DNA of 64,000 nucleotides from a phage: the sequence record PX104380.1; one strand, given 5' to 3'. The notes below the pieces were generated by a model. The model did no database searches, was not told the DNA's origin, and was given only the letters and a program-made list of their open reading frames with translations. Positions 1 through 9,541 of the stretch are shown here, piece after piece (the stretch's first letter is position 1; each line of letters begins with the position of its first letter). A program made the position numbers and the translations under genes.

Positions 1-676
1 TTTTAACTTGCTCATGGTATACCAATTCGCCATCAATTAACACACCTTCTGGATGAATCTGGCGAGCTTCTGCAGTCATTTTGATTAACTCTTCCTTAAG
101 AAGATCTAATCCTAGATATTCATTACCAGCTCGTGATAAAAGACGAACATCATCTAATTCATCACCTCTAACTTCAGCAAAGCACCGAGCTCCATCAGCT
201 TTTAACTGGGCAAAAGCTGGAAATTTGATATTCTTATTAATGCCTTTTTCATCATAAGAACTTGCAAGCATTTGAGGTTGTTCAGGAATTAAACCTGGCC
301 AAACTTTGTTTGCAATAGATACTGATGCACCGCATTCAAGGTCTCGCATCATCACTCGACGCAAAACTTCAACATCATCTTTTTTACCGTCAGTAATATA
401 TCCAGTTAATTCCTCAATTGCCGCATTTCCAGTCAATTTCCGAGTAGCTAACGTGAATTCAATGAAGTCAAGCATATCGGTAAGAGTCAACATTCCAAAA
501 CTCTGGGTAGCAATACCAGGTTTAGGCCATTTCTTGATATAATACTGTAACCCACGAGAATAAGTCAGACGATATACTCGTTTAAGCAATTCATTATCTT
601 TATTCTTTTCAAGAATTGCTTGCTTCTGCTTAGTTGAACCAATAGATGCTATTTCGTTCAGAATTTTAAGAATCAT
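1..676 (-). CDS. 30: ATP-dependent DNA ligase (gene 30), N-terminal ~225 codons; 3' end lies beyond the window start
   Basis: Minus-strand translation from ATG at 676 reads MILKILNEIASIGSTKQKQAILEKNK...; KADGAR adenylation motif encoded near 185-205; no stop before window edge; matches recalled T4 ligase N-terminus. Confidence 0.85.
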   Translation of the reverse strand, partial: MILKILNEIASIGSTKQKQAILEKNKDNELLKRVYRLTYSRGLQYYIKKWPKPGIATQSFGMLTLTDMLDFIEFTLATRKLTGNAAIEELTGYITDGKKDDVEVLRRVMMRDLECGASVSIANKVWPGLIPEQPQMLASSYDEKGINKNIKFPAFAQLKADGARCFAEVRGDELDDVRLLSRAGNEYLGLDLLKEELIKMTAEARQIHPEGVLIDGELVYHEQVK

Positions 677-942
677 TATTCATCCTTCAGAGTTTGGTTT
701 ACAACTCTATTATAAATCAATTCATCATTAAGCTCAGGCAAAGACTTATGATATGTAGTTCTAACTTTATTTCCTTGCATCCAGTGCTTGACGTAAATGA
801 AACCTTGCTCTACACATTTTTTAAAAATTCGTTCGTCTTTTTGAGCTCGGAATTCTGGATTGCATCTAAAAAATTGATTTACGTGACCGTAATCACGTGT
901 AGTATTACCTTCATTTTCATAAATAGTATGAACAACAAACAT
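676..942 (-). CDS. hypothetical protein, 88 aa (position of T4 30.1)
   Basis: ORF track; stop overlaps ligase start (TAATG). Confidence 0.5.
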   Translation of the reverse strand: MFVVHTIYENEGNTTRDYGHVNQFFRCNPEFRAQKDERIFKKCVEQGFIYVKHWMQGNKVRTTYHKSLPELNDELIYNRVVNQTLKDE

Positions 943-1778
943 TAGAATGCTCCTTGGAAAATATTATCACCACTAGTAGGTCTATTATACAAATACTCTA
1001 TGCCACCAGGTTTAATATAGTTCCATGTCTGAAACGGATGTGTCTGATATGGATGATATAGATTATAAGGATTAAATCCAGGAGTTCTCCAGGTAGTGTT
1101 CCAAGGAAAAGAATCGTTTTTAACCATCTTCTCGATTACATCTTTTATAGCTTTTTCACGATCAAAACTTTCTTTATTTTCCTTCGGTGAAAAAAGCTTA
1201 TTCTCTACATCATTCCATGTATAAACTCGCTGTGCAGTTTTTGGAATACTGTCACGCTCCCCTCGAGCCATCCAATAAACAGGAACATTTAATATTTCAC
1301 TCGCGTGATCGCAGTGGTGAGCGAGATCGTCAATATAACAAATTACGTTATATTTCTCTTTTGCTTTTTTGAACAACTCTTCTTTTGAAGAATCATGACC
1401 ACACATCAATACTTCTGAGAAGGCACCAGGAAAAAGAGCATTCAAATTAAATTGACGATTCAGCAGAGCGTCAATAGAATCACCCAGTGCTGTAACAGCT
1501 ACAAAATTATAATCTTCTTTTAATTTGTTAATTACACACAGAGCATCTTTATATGGAGACAAGTAACGAATAAAATCCGAACGATTGTATTTTTCAATTA
1601 ACTTGACGCCAAGTTCTTCGTCGCAATTAAAGAGTTTACCTGGAGAAATAAATTTCTCATCTTGGATCATTTTTAAAATATGTTCTAACGGAAGATTATA
1701 TTTCTGAGCAAAATAAGGAAGGCCTGATTGCCAGCTTAAACATACTCCATCAATATCAGTTAAAATAGTAGGCTTCAT
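942..1778 (-). CDS. HAD-superfamily-like hydrolase-fold protein, 278 aa (position of T4 30.2)
   Basis: N-terminal DIDGV (DxDG[TV]) motif and later IDD acidic motif; function unassigned. Confidence 0.55.
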   Translation of the reverse strand: MKPTILTDIDGVCLSWQSGLPYFAQKYNLPLEHILKMIQDEKFISPGKLFNCDEELGVKLIEKYNRSDFIRYLSPYKDALCVINKLKEDYNFVAVTALGDSIDALLNRQFNLNALFPGAFSEVLMCGHDSSKEELFKKAKEKYNVICYIDDLAHHCDHASEILNVPVYWMARGERDSIPKTAQRVYTWNDVENKLFSPKENKESFDREKAIKDVIEKMVKNDSFPWNTTWRTPGFNPYNLYHPYQTHPFQTWNYIKPGGIEYLYNRPTSGDNIFQGAF

Positions 1779-2233
1779 AGAGAGTCTCTTAATAGGTTTA
1801 ACACATCAATAAATTCAGCTTCGGTTAGTATTGTATCATCTTTTGTTAGACCACTAGCCATGCTATGCTTCAAAATTTTTCCTTTAGAGGCTTGTAAGGC
1901 ATCACGAAACCCCTTGTTTTGAATCGCTGCTTCAAAATATGCATTTGTATACAACTCTTTCCATGCTGCAGAGTATCTTGAAAAGGGAATTCCAAGCCAG
2001 AAAAGCGTCCCACGGTCCGCAGCTCTTGCATAAGCTCTTCCACTTTGCTGGGCGGCCAATCCGGAGAGCCTAAATATACGACGTTGTTGTTCAACATTTT
2101 TCACCTTGCATCCTTGGAGGAATCCTTCAAGACCTCCGAATTGAATACCATCCATGACGAAAGGCCATTGGGCGAAATTACTTAATGCGCATGATGGCCA
2201 TCTAAAATTGCTTCTAATCTCTAACTCAGACAT
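1775..2233 (-). CDS. NADAR / YbiA-like (DUF1768) domain protein, ~152 aa (position of T4 30.3)
   Basis: LSNFAQWPFVMDG...EGFLQGCK resembles recalled E. coli YbiA core FSNFAAWP..DG..E.YFQAQK; track start at 2239 is TTG, first ATG at 2233. Confidence 0.6.
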   Translation of the reverse strand: MSELEIRSNFRWPSCALSNFAQWPFVMDGIQFGGLEGFLQGCKVKNVEQQRRIFRLSGLAAQQSGRAYARAADRGTLFWLGIPFSRYSAAWKELYTNAYFEAAIQNKGFRDALQASKGKILKHSMASGLTKDDTILTEAEFIDVLNLLRDSL

Positions 2234-2432
2234 TTTCAATACTTATAATTTCAACATCAGCCCAATGACCATAGCAAGGAAGACGAAATTCAACTGGCCA
2301 GTTAGGGTCCTTTTCTAATATAATAGACTTAACTTGTGGTTCTTCGTGTTCATCAGTATACGGATTTTTATCTGTTACTTTATATGTGACCTTAATGTAC
2401 TGAATTCCAAAAATCTTATTAATTATATTCAT
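2226..2432 (-). CDS. hypothetical protein, 68 aa
   Basis: ORF track; ATG start verified; overlaps neighbours by a few nt. Confidence 0.45.
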   Translation of the reverse strand: MNIINKIFGIQYIKVTYKVTDKNPYTDEHEEPQVKSIILEKDPNWPVEFRLPCYGHWADVEIISIENV

Positions 2433-2626
2433 ACTAATTCCTTTAATCCGTAGATAGGAGATAATTCATCACCCATACGAAGGTCTTCATTTCCATCTAC
2501 CCAGGAAACAATATAAGCCTCTTTTACTTGAACATCTCCCAATTTAAATGCGGGTAAAACCTTAGAAATTAATCCAGGTATACCAACTCCCTTTAATTCA
2601 ACAGTTTGGCCTAAAAAGAATTTCAT
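2429..2626 (-). CDS. hypothetical protein, 65 aa
   Basis: ORF track; compact array. Confidence 0.45.
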   Translation of the reverse strand: MKFFLGQTVELKGVGIPGLISKVLPAFKLGDVQVKEAYIVSWVDGNEDLRMGDELSPIYGLKELV

Positions 2627-2913
2627 TAAAACCTCATCTGAAAACCATGCGATTTAACATTACCGCCATTAATATCAGAACTATTAATTTCACGTGCAAT
2701 TGAGGGATCAATGTCAATTTCGCCATTAAGTTTAACGATAGCTAAAGTATCGCGCCCATTTACAGTACGGAACTCTAAAGGGCAGACTACATTAACGTAG
2801 TTTTTAATCGATTCACTGGTAGGTTGCAAATGAGCAGGAAGGTCTTTAGGCGCCTTAGAGAAAACCACTTCACAGAAATTTTTGCGGGTATCAAAATAAG
2901 TAGTCATAAACAT
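2626..2913 (-). CDS. hypothetical protein, ~95 aa (track ORF extends to 2964 through an intergenic hairpin)
   Basis: Internal ATG at 2913 preceded by GAGG; upstream extension would translate the GGGGCUUCGGCCCC hairpin. Confidence 0.45.
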   Translation of the reverse strand: MFMTTYFDTRKNFCEVVFSKAPKDLPAHLQPTSESIKNYVNVVCPLEFRTVNGRDTLAIVKLNGEIDIDPSIAREINSSDINGGNVKSHGFQMRF

Positions 2914-2930
2914 AATATTTTCCTCAGTAA

Positions 2931-2955
2931 GGGGCCGAAGCCCCTGTTTTATTTT
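2931..2955. other. intercistronic UUCG-tetraloop hairpin
   Basis: ggggccgaagcccc (minus sense GGGGCUUCGGCCCC); T-run follows on plus strand only. Confidence 0.4.
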
Positions 2956-3319
2956 AAATATCAAATTCGTTAAGAACTACATCAAAGATTGCTTCAAGAT
3001 GCTCAGGTTTAGCTCTATTACTCAGAATATGACGAATCCAAGTTTTAACAAGAAGCTTGCGATTAACGCCATTCCAGCAAGGATGAGCCCCTAAATCACG
3101 TTGACGAAAATCATCATCTAATGCGATTTTAAAAGAAGAACCTTCTTTCGTGATTGAAACTGTAATACCGTTTTCAAATCGCATATACACATAGTTAGGA
3201 GTCATATACTGTTCAATTTCGCATACTGATCCATTTTGATGTTTCCAAAGGCAAATAGTATCAATAGAACCTGCAATACCATTAGAAACATATTTACGTT
3301 CAAAGTTGATGTAGTTCAT
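2954..3319 (-). CDS. hypothetical protein, 121 aa
   Basis: ORF track; early-type promoter immediately upstream. Confidence 0.5.
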   Translation of the reverse strand: MNYINFERKYVSNGIAGSIDTICLWKHQNGSVCEIEQYMTPNYVYMRFENGITVSITKEGSSFKIALDDDFRQRDLGAHPCWNGVNRKLLVKTWIRHILSNRAKPEHLEAIFDVVLNEFDI

Positions 3320-3354
3320 TTTTGTTCTCCGAGATGTTTAATTGCGGTACAGGT

Positions 3355-3385
3355 ATATAATATCATATCCTGTACCAAAGTAAAC
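3355..3385 (-). promoter_or_regulatory. early-type sigma70 promoter (GTTTAC -35 / ~18 nt / TATA-rich -10)
   Basis: Minus sense GTTTAC-N17/18-TATTAT/ATATAT upstream of ORF 2954-3319. Confidence 0.5.
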
Positions 3386-3387
3386 AA

Positions 3388-3720
3388 TTATTTTACTACT
3401 TTCCAGTGCTGCATGTCAAGTTTACCGACTTTTTTCATCTTCTCAATTAAGCGTTCGGCACGTTGGCGAGCTGTAACATAATACCATTCACCTAATTCAT
3501 TTTGTTCAATTTTTCCAACGATTACTGTATTCAATTCATAAATCCAACCAGTAAAGAAATTATGAACTTGAATTGTAAAGGTGAAATCTGTTCCCATACC
3601 TTCTGTTGTTTCTACTTCAATAATATCACCTTCAACTGCCATTAAGAACCACATAGTTTCATCATATTTACCATTGAAGCATTTAGTTTTAACTGCAGCG
3701 TTCAGATTAATCGTTTTCAT
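3388..3720 (-). CDS. hypothetical protein, 110 aa
   Basis: ORF track; preceded by terminator plus early-type promoter. Confidence 0.5.
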   Translation of the reverse strand: MKTINLNAAVKTKCFNGKYDETMWFLMAVEGDIIEVETTEGMGTDFTFTIQVHNFFTGWIYELNTVIVGKIEQNELGEWYYVTARQRAERLIEKMKKVGKLDMQHWKVVK

Positions 3721-3742
3721 TTTATTCTCCTTTGTTTGTGTA

Positions 3743-3777
3743 AGATAATACTATCACAAAGGAACCATACTGTAAAC
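3743..3777 (-). promoter_or_regulatory. early-type promoter
   Basis: GTTTAC...TAGTAT just downstream of terminator 3797-3825, upstream of ORF 3388-3720. Confidence 0.5.
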
Positions 3778-3796
3778 AACTTTGTGCAATCTTTGG

Positions 3797-3825
3797 AAAA
3801 TAAAAAAGGACTCCCGAAGGAGTCC
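3797..3825 (-). terminator. rho-independent terminator (UUCG-tetraloop hairpin + U-run)
   Basis: Minus sense GGACUCC-UUCG-GGAGUCC followed by UUUUUUAUUUU. Confidence 0.65.
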
Positions 3826-3830
3826 TTAAC

Positions 3831-4007
3831 TTATGCTTTCTGCTTACCAAAACGAGAAGCATCATCTCGAAGAACCGCACGTGCTCGGCGCATGATCTTC
3901 TCAACAGTTTGATTGATACGAGAGTTCGACCCACGCTTGTAGCCAGCGCGTTTAGAATCACCAACTTTCTTTTCAACTGCTTTCTTTGCTTTAGCTTGTT
4001 TTGCCAT
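3831..4007 (-). CDS. small lysine/arginine-rich basic protein, 58 aa
   Basis: ATG at 4007 with AAAAGAG upstream; MAKQAKAKKAVEKK...; track ORF has N-terminal extension. Confidence 0.45.
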   Translation of the reverse strand: MAKQAKAKKAVEKKVGDSKRAGYKRGSNSRINQTVEKIMRRARAVLRDDASRFGKQKA

Positions 4008-4251
4008 TATAAATTCTCTTTTAAATGAAAATGCAGGACTTATTGGCATTGCCTGCGAAAGCCCTCAAAGGGGTACTTAGGTTTTGAATATTTACCGACA
4101 GGATAACCATAAACCCGTCATCATTCACATTCAAGAGGTACACCATAAAACTGCCGGGGTCTTAAAACTATAATGATTCGCAAATCATTAATCAGACAGT
4201 TCGACGGCTCCTCGATTTTAGCTCACACTAAGGCAGTGAATCTCCAATAAA

Positions 4252-4500
4252 TTACTTCAGTGTTACCACAAAGTGACGAACTGCTTTTCGTGCAGCAGAA
4301 GCCAGAGGCTTAGCATATTTAAGTTCATCTTTTTCCTGAAGCTCAGCAGCTAATGCAGTTTGAGCAGGATTCAGATGTTTGAAATAACGCAGGATTTCAA
4401 GAGCTTCGGCTTCAACATCAATAGATGCGCCATAGTTTTCGTGACCATTATTCCATGCGTTTCGTTGCAGTTCAAGAGCGTGTTGTAATTGTTTAATCAT
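4252..4500 (-). CDS. rIII: rIII lysis-inhibition accessory protein, 82 aa
   Basis: 82 aa, position between 30.x block and gene 31, sequence matches recalled T4 rIII. Confidence 0.8.
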   Translation of the reverse strand: MIKQLQHALELQRNAWNNGHENYGASIDVEAEALEILRYFKHLNPAQTALAAELQEKDELKYAKPLASAARKAVRHFVVTLK

Positions 4501-4639
4501 TTAAAAATTCTCGTTAGAGATTAAAACTCGGTAGTCACGTTCTTCTGAATTTCATCTTCTTTCGACAGATCTCTCAGTTGTAGACTACCACATAGAATTG
4601 TTCGGTTAACTTATTATTCCGACACCCAATTCATATTAT

Positions 4640-4647
4640 TATTTATA
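4640..4647 (-). promoter_or_regulatory. candidate late promoter (TATAAATA) upstream of rIII
   Basis: Minus-sense TATAAATA immediately after gene 31 stop. Confidence 0.35.
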
Positions 4648-4983
4648 TCACTTATAAAGACACGGAATAGCTTTATAGTGACAAGTAACGAATTTTTGTT
4701 TAATTTCTTTTGGCTGCTTAAGACCCAGAGCTACAAAAGGATGCGGAACATTTCGAATTTGACCAACTGGAAGAGAAGTCAAATCACCGACTTCGCAGAA
4801 ACCTTCAGGAACATCAGGACCAACAGAGTGAACTACACACAGTTCAGGAACTTCACCTTGAACACGTTTACCGATAATAAGTCCTGATTCTGTAACTTCT
4901 TCATCACCGGCTTGTGCAGGTTCAGAAACTAAAATAACATATTCACCGACAGCACGAATTGGTAGCTGTTGTACTTCAGACAT
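4648..4983 (-). CDS. 31: gp31 GroES-like co-chaperonin for capsid protein folding, 111 aa
   Basis: 111 aa, [19 protein letters not shown]...; length and position as T4 gp31. Confidence 0.85.
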
Positions 4984-5013
4984 CGTTTTTCCTTTTTGTT
5001 AACAGATGAATTA

Positions 5014-5040
5014 ATAATAACAAATAATTCTTAAAGCATT
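5014..5040 (-). promoter_or_regulatory. candidate MotA-dependent middle promoter for gene 31
   Basis: Minus sense AAATGCTTTA (MotA box) followed ~12 nt later by TATTAT, ~30 nt upstream of gene 31 ATG. Confidence 0.4.
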
Positions 5041-5348
5041 TATTTACCAATAAATTGAAGCAAATGCTCAACTTTCATACCATTAACGGAAATCAATTTG
5101 TCAATAGAAAAACCTCGCCATGCACCAAGCTCAACATCAAATACTGGAATCATATCCGTAGATTCTTTCCGAGTAGATTCAGTCAATTTACCAGTTTGCA
5201 TGGTTGGCATAAAGTCTGCATCACGAGTACCTTTCATAGTACGAATAGTACCATCAGACTTTTCAAAAACTACGTTTGAAACACCCATGGACAATTTGGT
5301 TTTCAAAATTTCGCGAATTGCTACTTTCTGCTCAGTTGTCAGTTTCAT
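5040..5348 (-). CDS. hypothetical protein, 102 aa
   Basis: ORF track. Confidence 0.5.
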   Translation of the reverse strand: MKLTTEQKVAIREILKTKLSMGVSNVVFEKSDGTIRTMKGTRDADFMPTMQTGKLTESTRKESTDMIPVFDVELGAWRGFSIDKLISVNGMKVEHLLQFIGK

Positions 5349-5585
5349 TTATTTACCTATTACAGTTTTAATATGAGTTGTTCCACGTTCTTTAAGGGTG
5401 GAAAGTAATTTTTGACATTTTTCTAAATCAGATTTCCAACTATATGGTCTATCAATACAAACCCAATTTGTCTTATAATACTGCTTCCATTTAGAGAAAA
5501 AATATTTCTTATACTCTACAGCAAATGAAATATTCTCATTAGAATAAGAACTAATTGCTGTAAGCTTTACCAAACGAAATTTCAT
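5349..5585 (-). CDS. hypothetical protein, 78 aa
   Basis: ORF track. Confidence 0.45.
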   Translation of the reverse strand: MKFRLVKLTAISSYSNENISFAVEYKKYFFSKWKQYYKTNWVCIDRPYSWKSDLEKCQKLLSTLKERGTTHIKTVIGK

Positions 5586-6166
5586 TATTCACCGCAGAAT
5601 TCGTTGATATTTTCCCAGTTTAACTTATTCAAGTTTTTCTTAGGAACATTAAACACTTCAATACCCGCATTTCGCAGAATATCATCCCAGCCAGGTTTAT
5701 TTTTATCGTATGTTTCACAATAAACCAACTTTTTAATACCAGATTGAGCTATCGCTTTTGCACAATCTGGACAAGGAGAAAGTGTTACATACATAGTAGC
5801 ACCTTCAATAGAAGAACCATTTCGTGCAGCAAACAAAATTGCATTTAGTTCAGCATGAATTTCATTTTTAGATGACCATTCCGAGTGAGCACTACGATGT
5901 TCTTTCGCCAAGACAAAACGATCAGTTGAACCAAATGATACGCATTCAGGCTTATGACCTTGAATGATAGTATGTTTAGGTTTATTCAGCAACCAACCTT
6001 GCTCGGCGGCATAATCACAACAGTTCACACCACCGGCAGGCGAACCATTATACCCAGTAGAAATAATACGTCCATTCTTTTCAATTACTGCTCCTACCTT
6101 CCAGGAGCAACATTTTGATTCTTGTGATACTAAATATGCAATTTGAAGTACTGTACTCGCTTTCAT
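5585..6166 (-). CDS. cd: dCMP deaminase, 193 aa
   Basis: Cytidine/dCMP deaminase zinc motifs HAELNAI and SPCPDCAKAI; 193 aa as T4 Cd. Confidence 0.9.
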   Translation of the reverse strand: MKASTVLQIAYLVSQESKCCSWKVGAVIEKNGRIISTGYNGSPAGGVNCCDYAAEQGWLLNKPKHTIIQGHKPECVSFGSTDRFVLAKEHRSAHSEWSSKNEIHAELNAILFAARNGSSIEGATMYVTLSPCPDCAKAIAQSGIKKLVYCETYDKNKPGWDDILRNAGIEVFNVPKKNLNKLNWENINEFCGE

Positions 6167-6501
6167 TTCATAATCACCAGATAAGCAGATTTAGCAGTTT
6201 CAACACGATAAATTTCGTGACGAAGTTTAGTTATACTTTTAATAACAGAACTAATTATATTCTGCCCATCTTTAAAGCGGTTTTTCTTGTCAATAAAAAT
6301 TGCGCCAACCATCTTTTTGTGAAGCTCAACTGGATACTTCGTCACAATAATAGCATCATATACAGAAGGATGAATACTATTTACTAGAGTGTCATTCATT
6401 AAAGTTATTCTAATGAACTGTGCTGTTTCAGAGTCAAGCGCTCTATGATCGCCAGTGTCATTTTCAAGACAATTATCAATTATATCAGTTAAATTCATCA
6501 T
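6163..6501 (-). CDS. hypothetical protein, 112 aa
   Basis: ORF track. Confidence 0.5.
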   Translation of the reverse strand: MMNLTDIIDNCLENDTGDHRALDSETAQFIRITLMNDTLVNSIHPSVYDAIIVTKYPVELHKKMVGAIFIDKKNRFKDGQNIISSVIKSITKLRHEIYRVETAKSAYLVIMK

Positions 6502-6737
6502 AGTACGCCATACACCCTTTGTGCTTCAACTAATCCATCAAAATCTAATTTAAGATGCGATATTTGATCGCCATCGCCTGGATTCACAATTACTAATACT
6601 GAACGAGGAGTTTCGGTAATAACACGAACCGATGTTTCAGGAAATCGTTCAGAAACCTTATTTACCAATTCCTGCGCAAATAGCTTAACTTTTTCTTGGA
6701 ATTCTTTAACAGTAATCGGTTTTTCACTTAGCAGCAT
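6498..6737 (-). CDS. hypothetical protein, 79 aa
   Basis: ORF track; early-type promoter upstream. Confidence 0.5.
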   Translation of the reverse strand: MLLSEKPITVKEFQEKVKLFAQELVNKVSERFPETSVRVITETPRSVLVIVNPGDGDQISHLKLDFDGLVEAQRVYGVL

Positions 6738-6763
6738 TTTGTTTTCCTCATTTGTTTGGTAGA

Positions 6764-6796
6764 GCTATAATATCACAACTCTACCGTAAAGTAAAC
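6764..6796 (-). promoter_or_regulatory. early-type promoter
   Basis: GTTTAC-N18-TATTAT upstream of ORF 6498-6737. Confidence 0.5.
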
Positions 6797-6798
6797 TA

Positions 6799-7074
6799 TT
6801 AAATTGCTTTGAATTCTGCTGTCTGCGATTCAAAACGAATATCGCCTTTGATGACTAGCTCAGCATCAAGACCGAATACAACAATGATATGCGCGGAACC
6901 TGGATACAGCGTAATGGCAATAGAATCCACCTGGTCTGGAAGCAAAGTGTTCAATACATGAGTCACTTGAGCATGAATTCGAAGCTCGGCTGCGTTATCA
7001 AGCTTTTCAAACATATTATTAGCGATAATTTGACTAAACACTACTTCTACGATTTTAGAATAAGTCGGAAACAT
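6799..7074 (-). CDS. hypothetical protein, 91 aa
   Basis: ORF track. Confidence 0.5.
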   Translation of the reverse strand: MFPTYSKIVEVVFSQIIANNMFEKLDNAAELRIHAQVTHVLNTLLPDQVDSIAITLYPGSAHIIVVFGLDAELVIKGDIRFESQTAEFKAI

Positions 7075-7076
7075 AT

Positions 7077-7269
7077 TTACCTCACATAATTTTCTTCAAG
7101 CCAATCGATAACATCCAAAGCGTTATCAAAAGTTGAACCATCTACTTTATCTTCTGTTTCATAGTCAAGAACATCTAAACCTACTCTTCCATTAACAATA
7201 GGCCATAAACAAAACAGGTATTTCTTTTCTTTTTCAATTTTATCACAAAGATGATAAATCTTTTCTAGA

Positions 7270-7277
<8 letters not shown>
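7077..7277 (-). CDS. hypothetical protein, 66 aa
   Basis: ORF track. Confidence 0.45.
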
Positions 7278-8664
<1,387 letters not shown>

Positions 8665-8668
<4 letters not shown>

Positions 8669-8901
8669 TTATTTTTCTCAACCAATGATTGAATATAATC
8701 ATGCAGGTCTTTAGATGCTTTACCCCACTTATTTTGATATTCATTTTTGAGATTAGCACGTGATTGAGCTAATAAAACATCATTAGTTGGAGGTAAAGAT
8801 TCTAACCGCTGAATCTGGCGTCCGTAAATCATTGCAGCCATCTCGGATTCATAAATCAATCCTTTGAGATGTTCAAATTGATGCCATGAAATCATTTGCA
8901 T
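8665..8901 (-). CDS. hypothetical protein, 78 aa
   Basis: ORF track. Confidence 0.45.
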
Positions 8902-9191
8902 TTATCCTCTTTTAACTCTTGACGATAATAACATATCATAGTTTTCTGATCATGTACATATCGTTTTACATCATTAAGCCAAATACGAAATTCCTGGGAA
9001 TCTTCAAATGGCATACCGACCCAAGCTTTACCATCAATAACTTTAACTTGCCAAGATAGTTTAGCTTCGTCATATGACTTTATTTGTACAGGCCAATTAG
9101 GATGAACTGTTTCTTTCTTTACTTCTAGAGGCTTTGTCGAACAACCAACTAGAAGACCAATAGATAATATTACTGCTGATAGTTTAATCAT
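8892..9191 (-). CDS. outer-membrane lipoprotein, candidate o-spanin (Rz1 equivalent), 99 aa
   Basis: Signal peptide with lipobox LLVGC (MIKLSAVILSIGLLVGCSTKP); immediately downstream of the candidate i-spanin. Confidence 0.6.
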   Translation of the reverse strand: MIKLSAVILSIGLLVGCSTKPLEVKKETVHPNWPVQIKSYDEAKLSWQVKVIDGKAWVGMPFEDSQEFRIWLNDVKRYVHDQKTMICYYRQELKEDKCK

Positions 9192-9541
9192 TTAGAAAGG
9201 TCCTGGATGTCTTCTGCGAACTTGTTGAAGGAGTTGTTGATTTGTTTTTCAACCAACCCTGGCTTACGAGCCACCACATCCGCCTTCTTTGTGTCTTTGC
9301 GCAGTTTTTCATTTTCACGCTCAATAGCAGCAATCGCCTCACGATTTTTATTATTCATCGCATCAATATAATTATACTGAATTCGCAAATTATCTAATGC
9401 TAAGGCGTTTTCATTGGCTGTTTTTGTAATTTCAGTAACTGATGTTTCTAATCTTTCTACCTTATTTTTTAAAATAATAGATGTTCCGCCTAATGCTATT
9501 ACAATTAATAGCAAACCTGCTGTAGTATTACTTAATTGCAT
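9188..9541 (-). CDS. candidate i-spanin (Rz equivalent), 117 aa
   Basis: N-terminal transmembrane segment (TAGLLLIVIALGGTSIIL) followed by charged coiled-coil-like region; adjacent to lipoprotein gene. Confidence 0.6.
   Translation of the reverse strand: MQLSNTTAGLLLIVIALGGTSIILKNKVERLETSVTEITKTANENALALDNLRIQYNYIDAMNNKNREAIAAIERENEKLRKDTKKADVVARKPGLVEKQINNSFNKFAEDIQDLSK

Noticed and set aside
306-542. Plus-strand 78-aa ORF at the left edge
   Set aside because: Lies antisense within the DNA ligase ORF, whose minus-strand translation carries the KADGAR motif.
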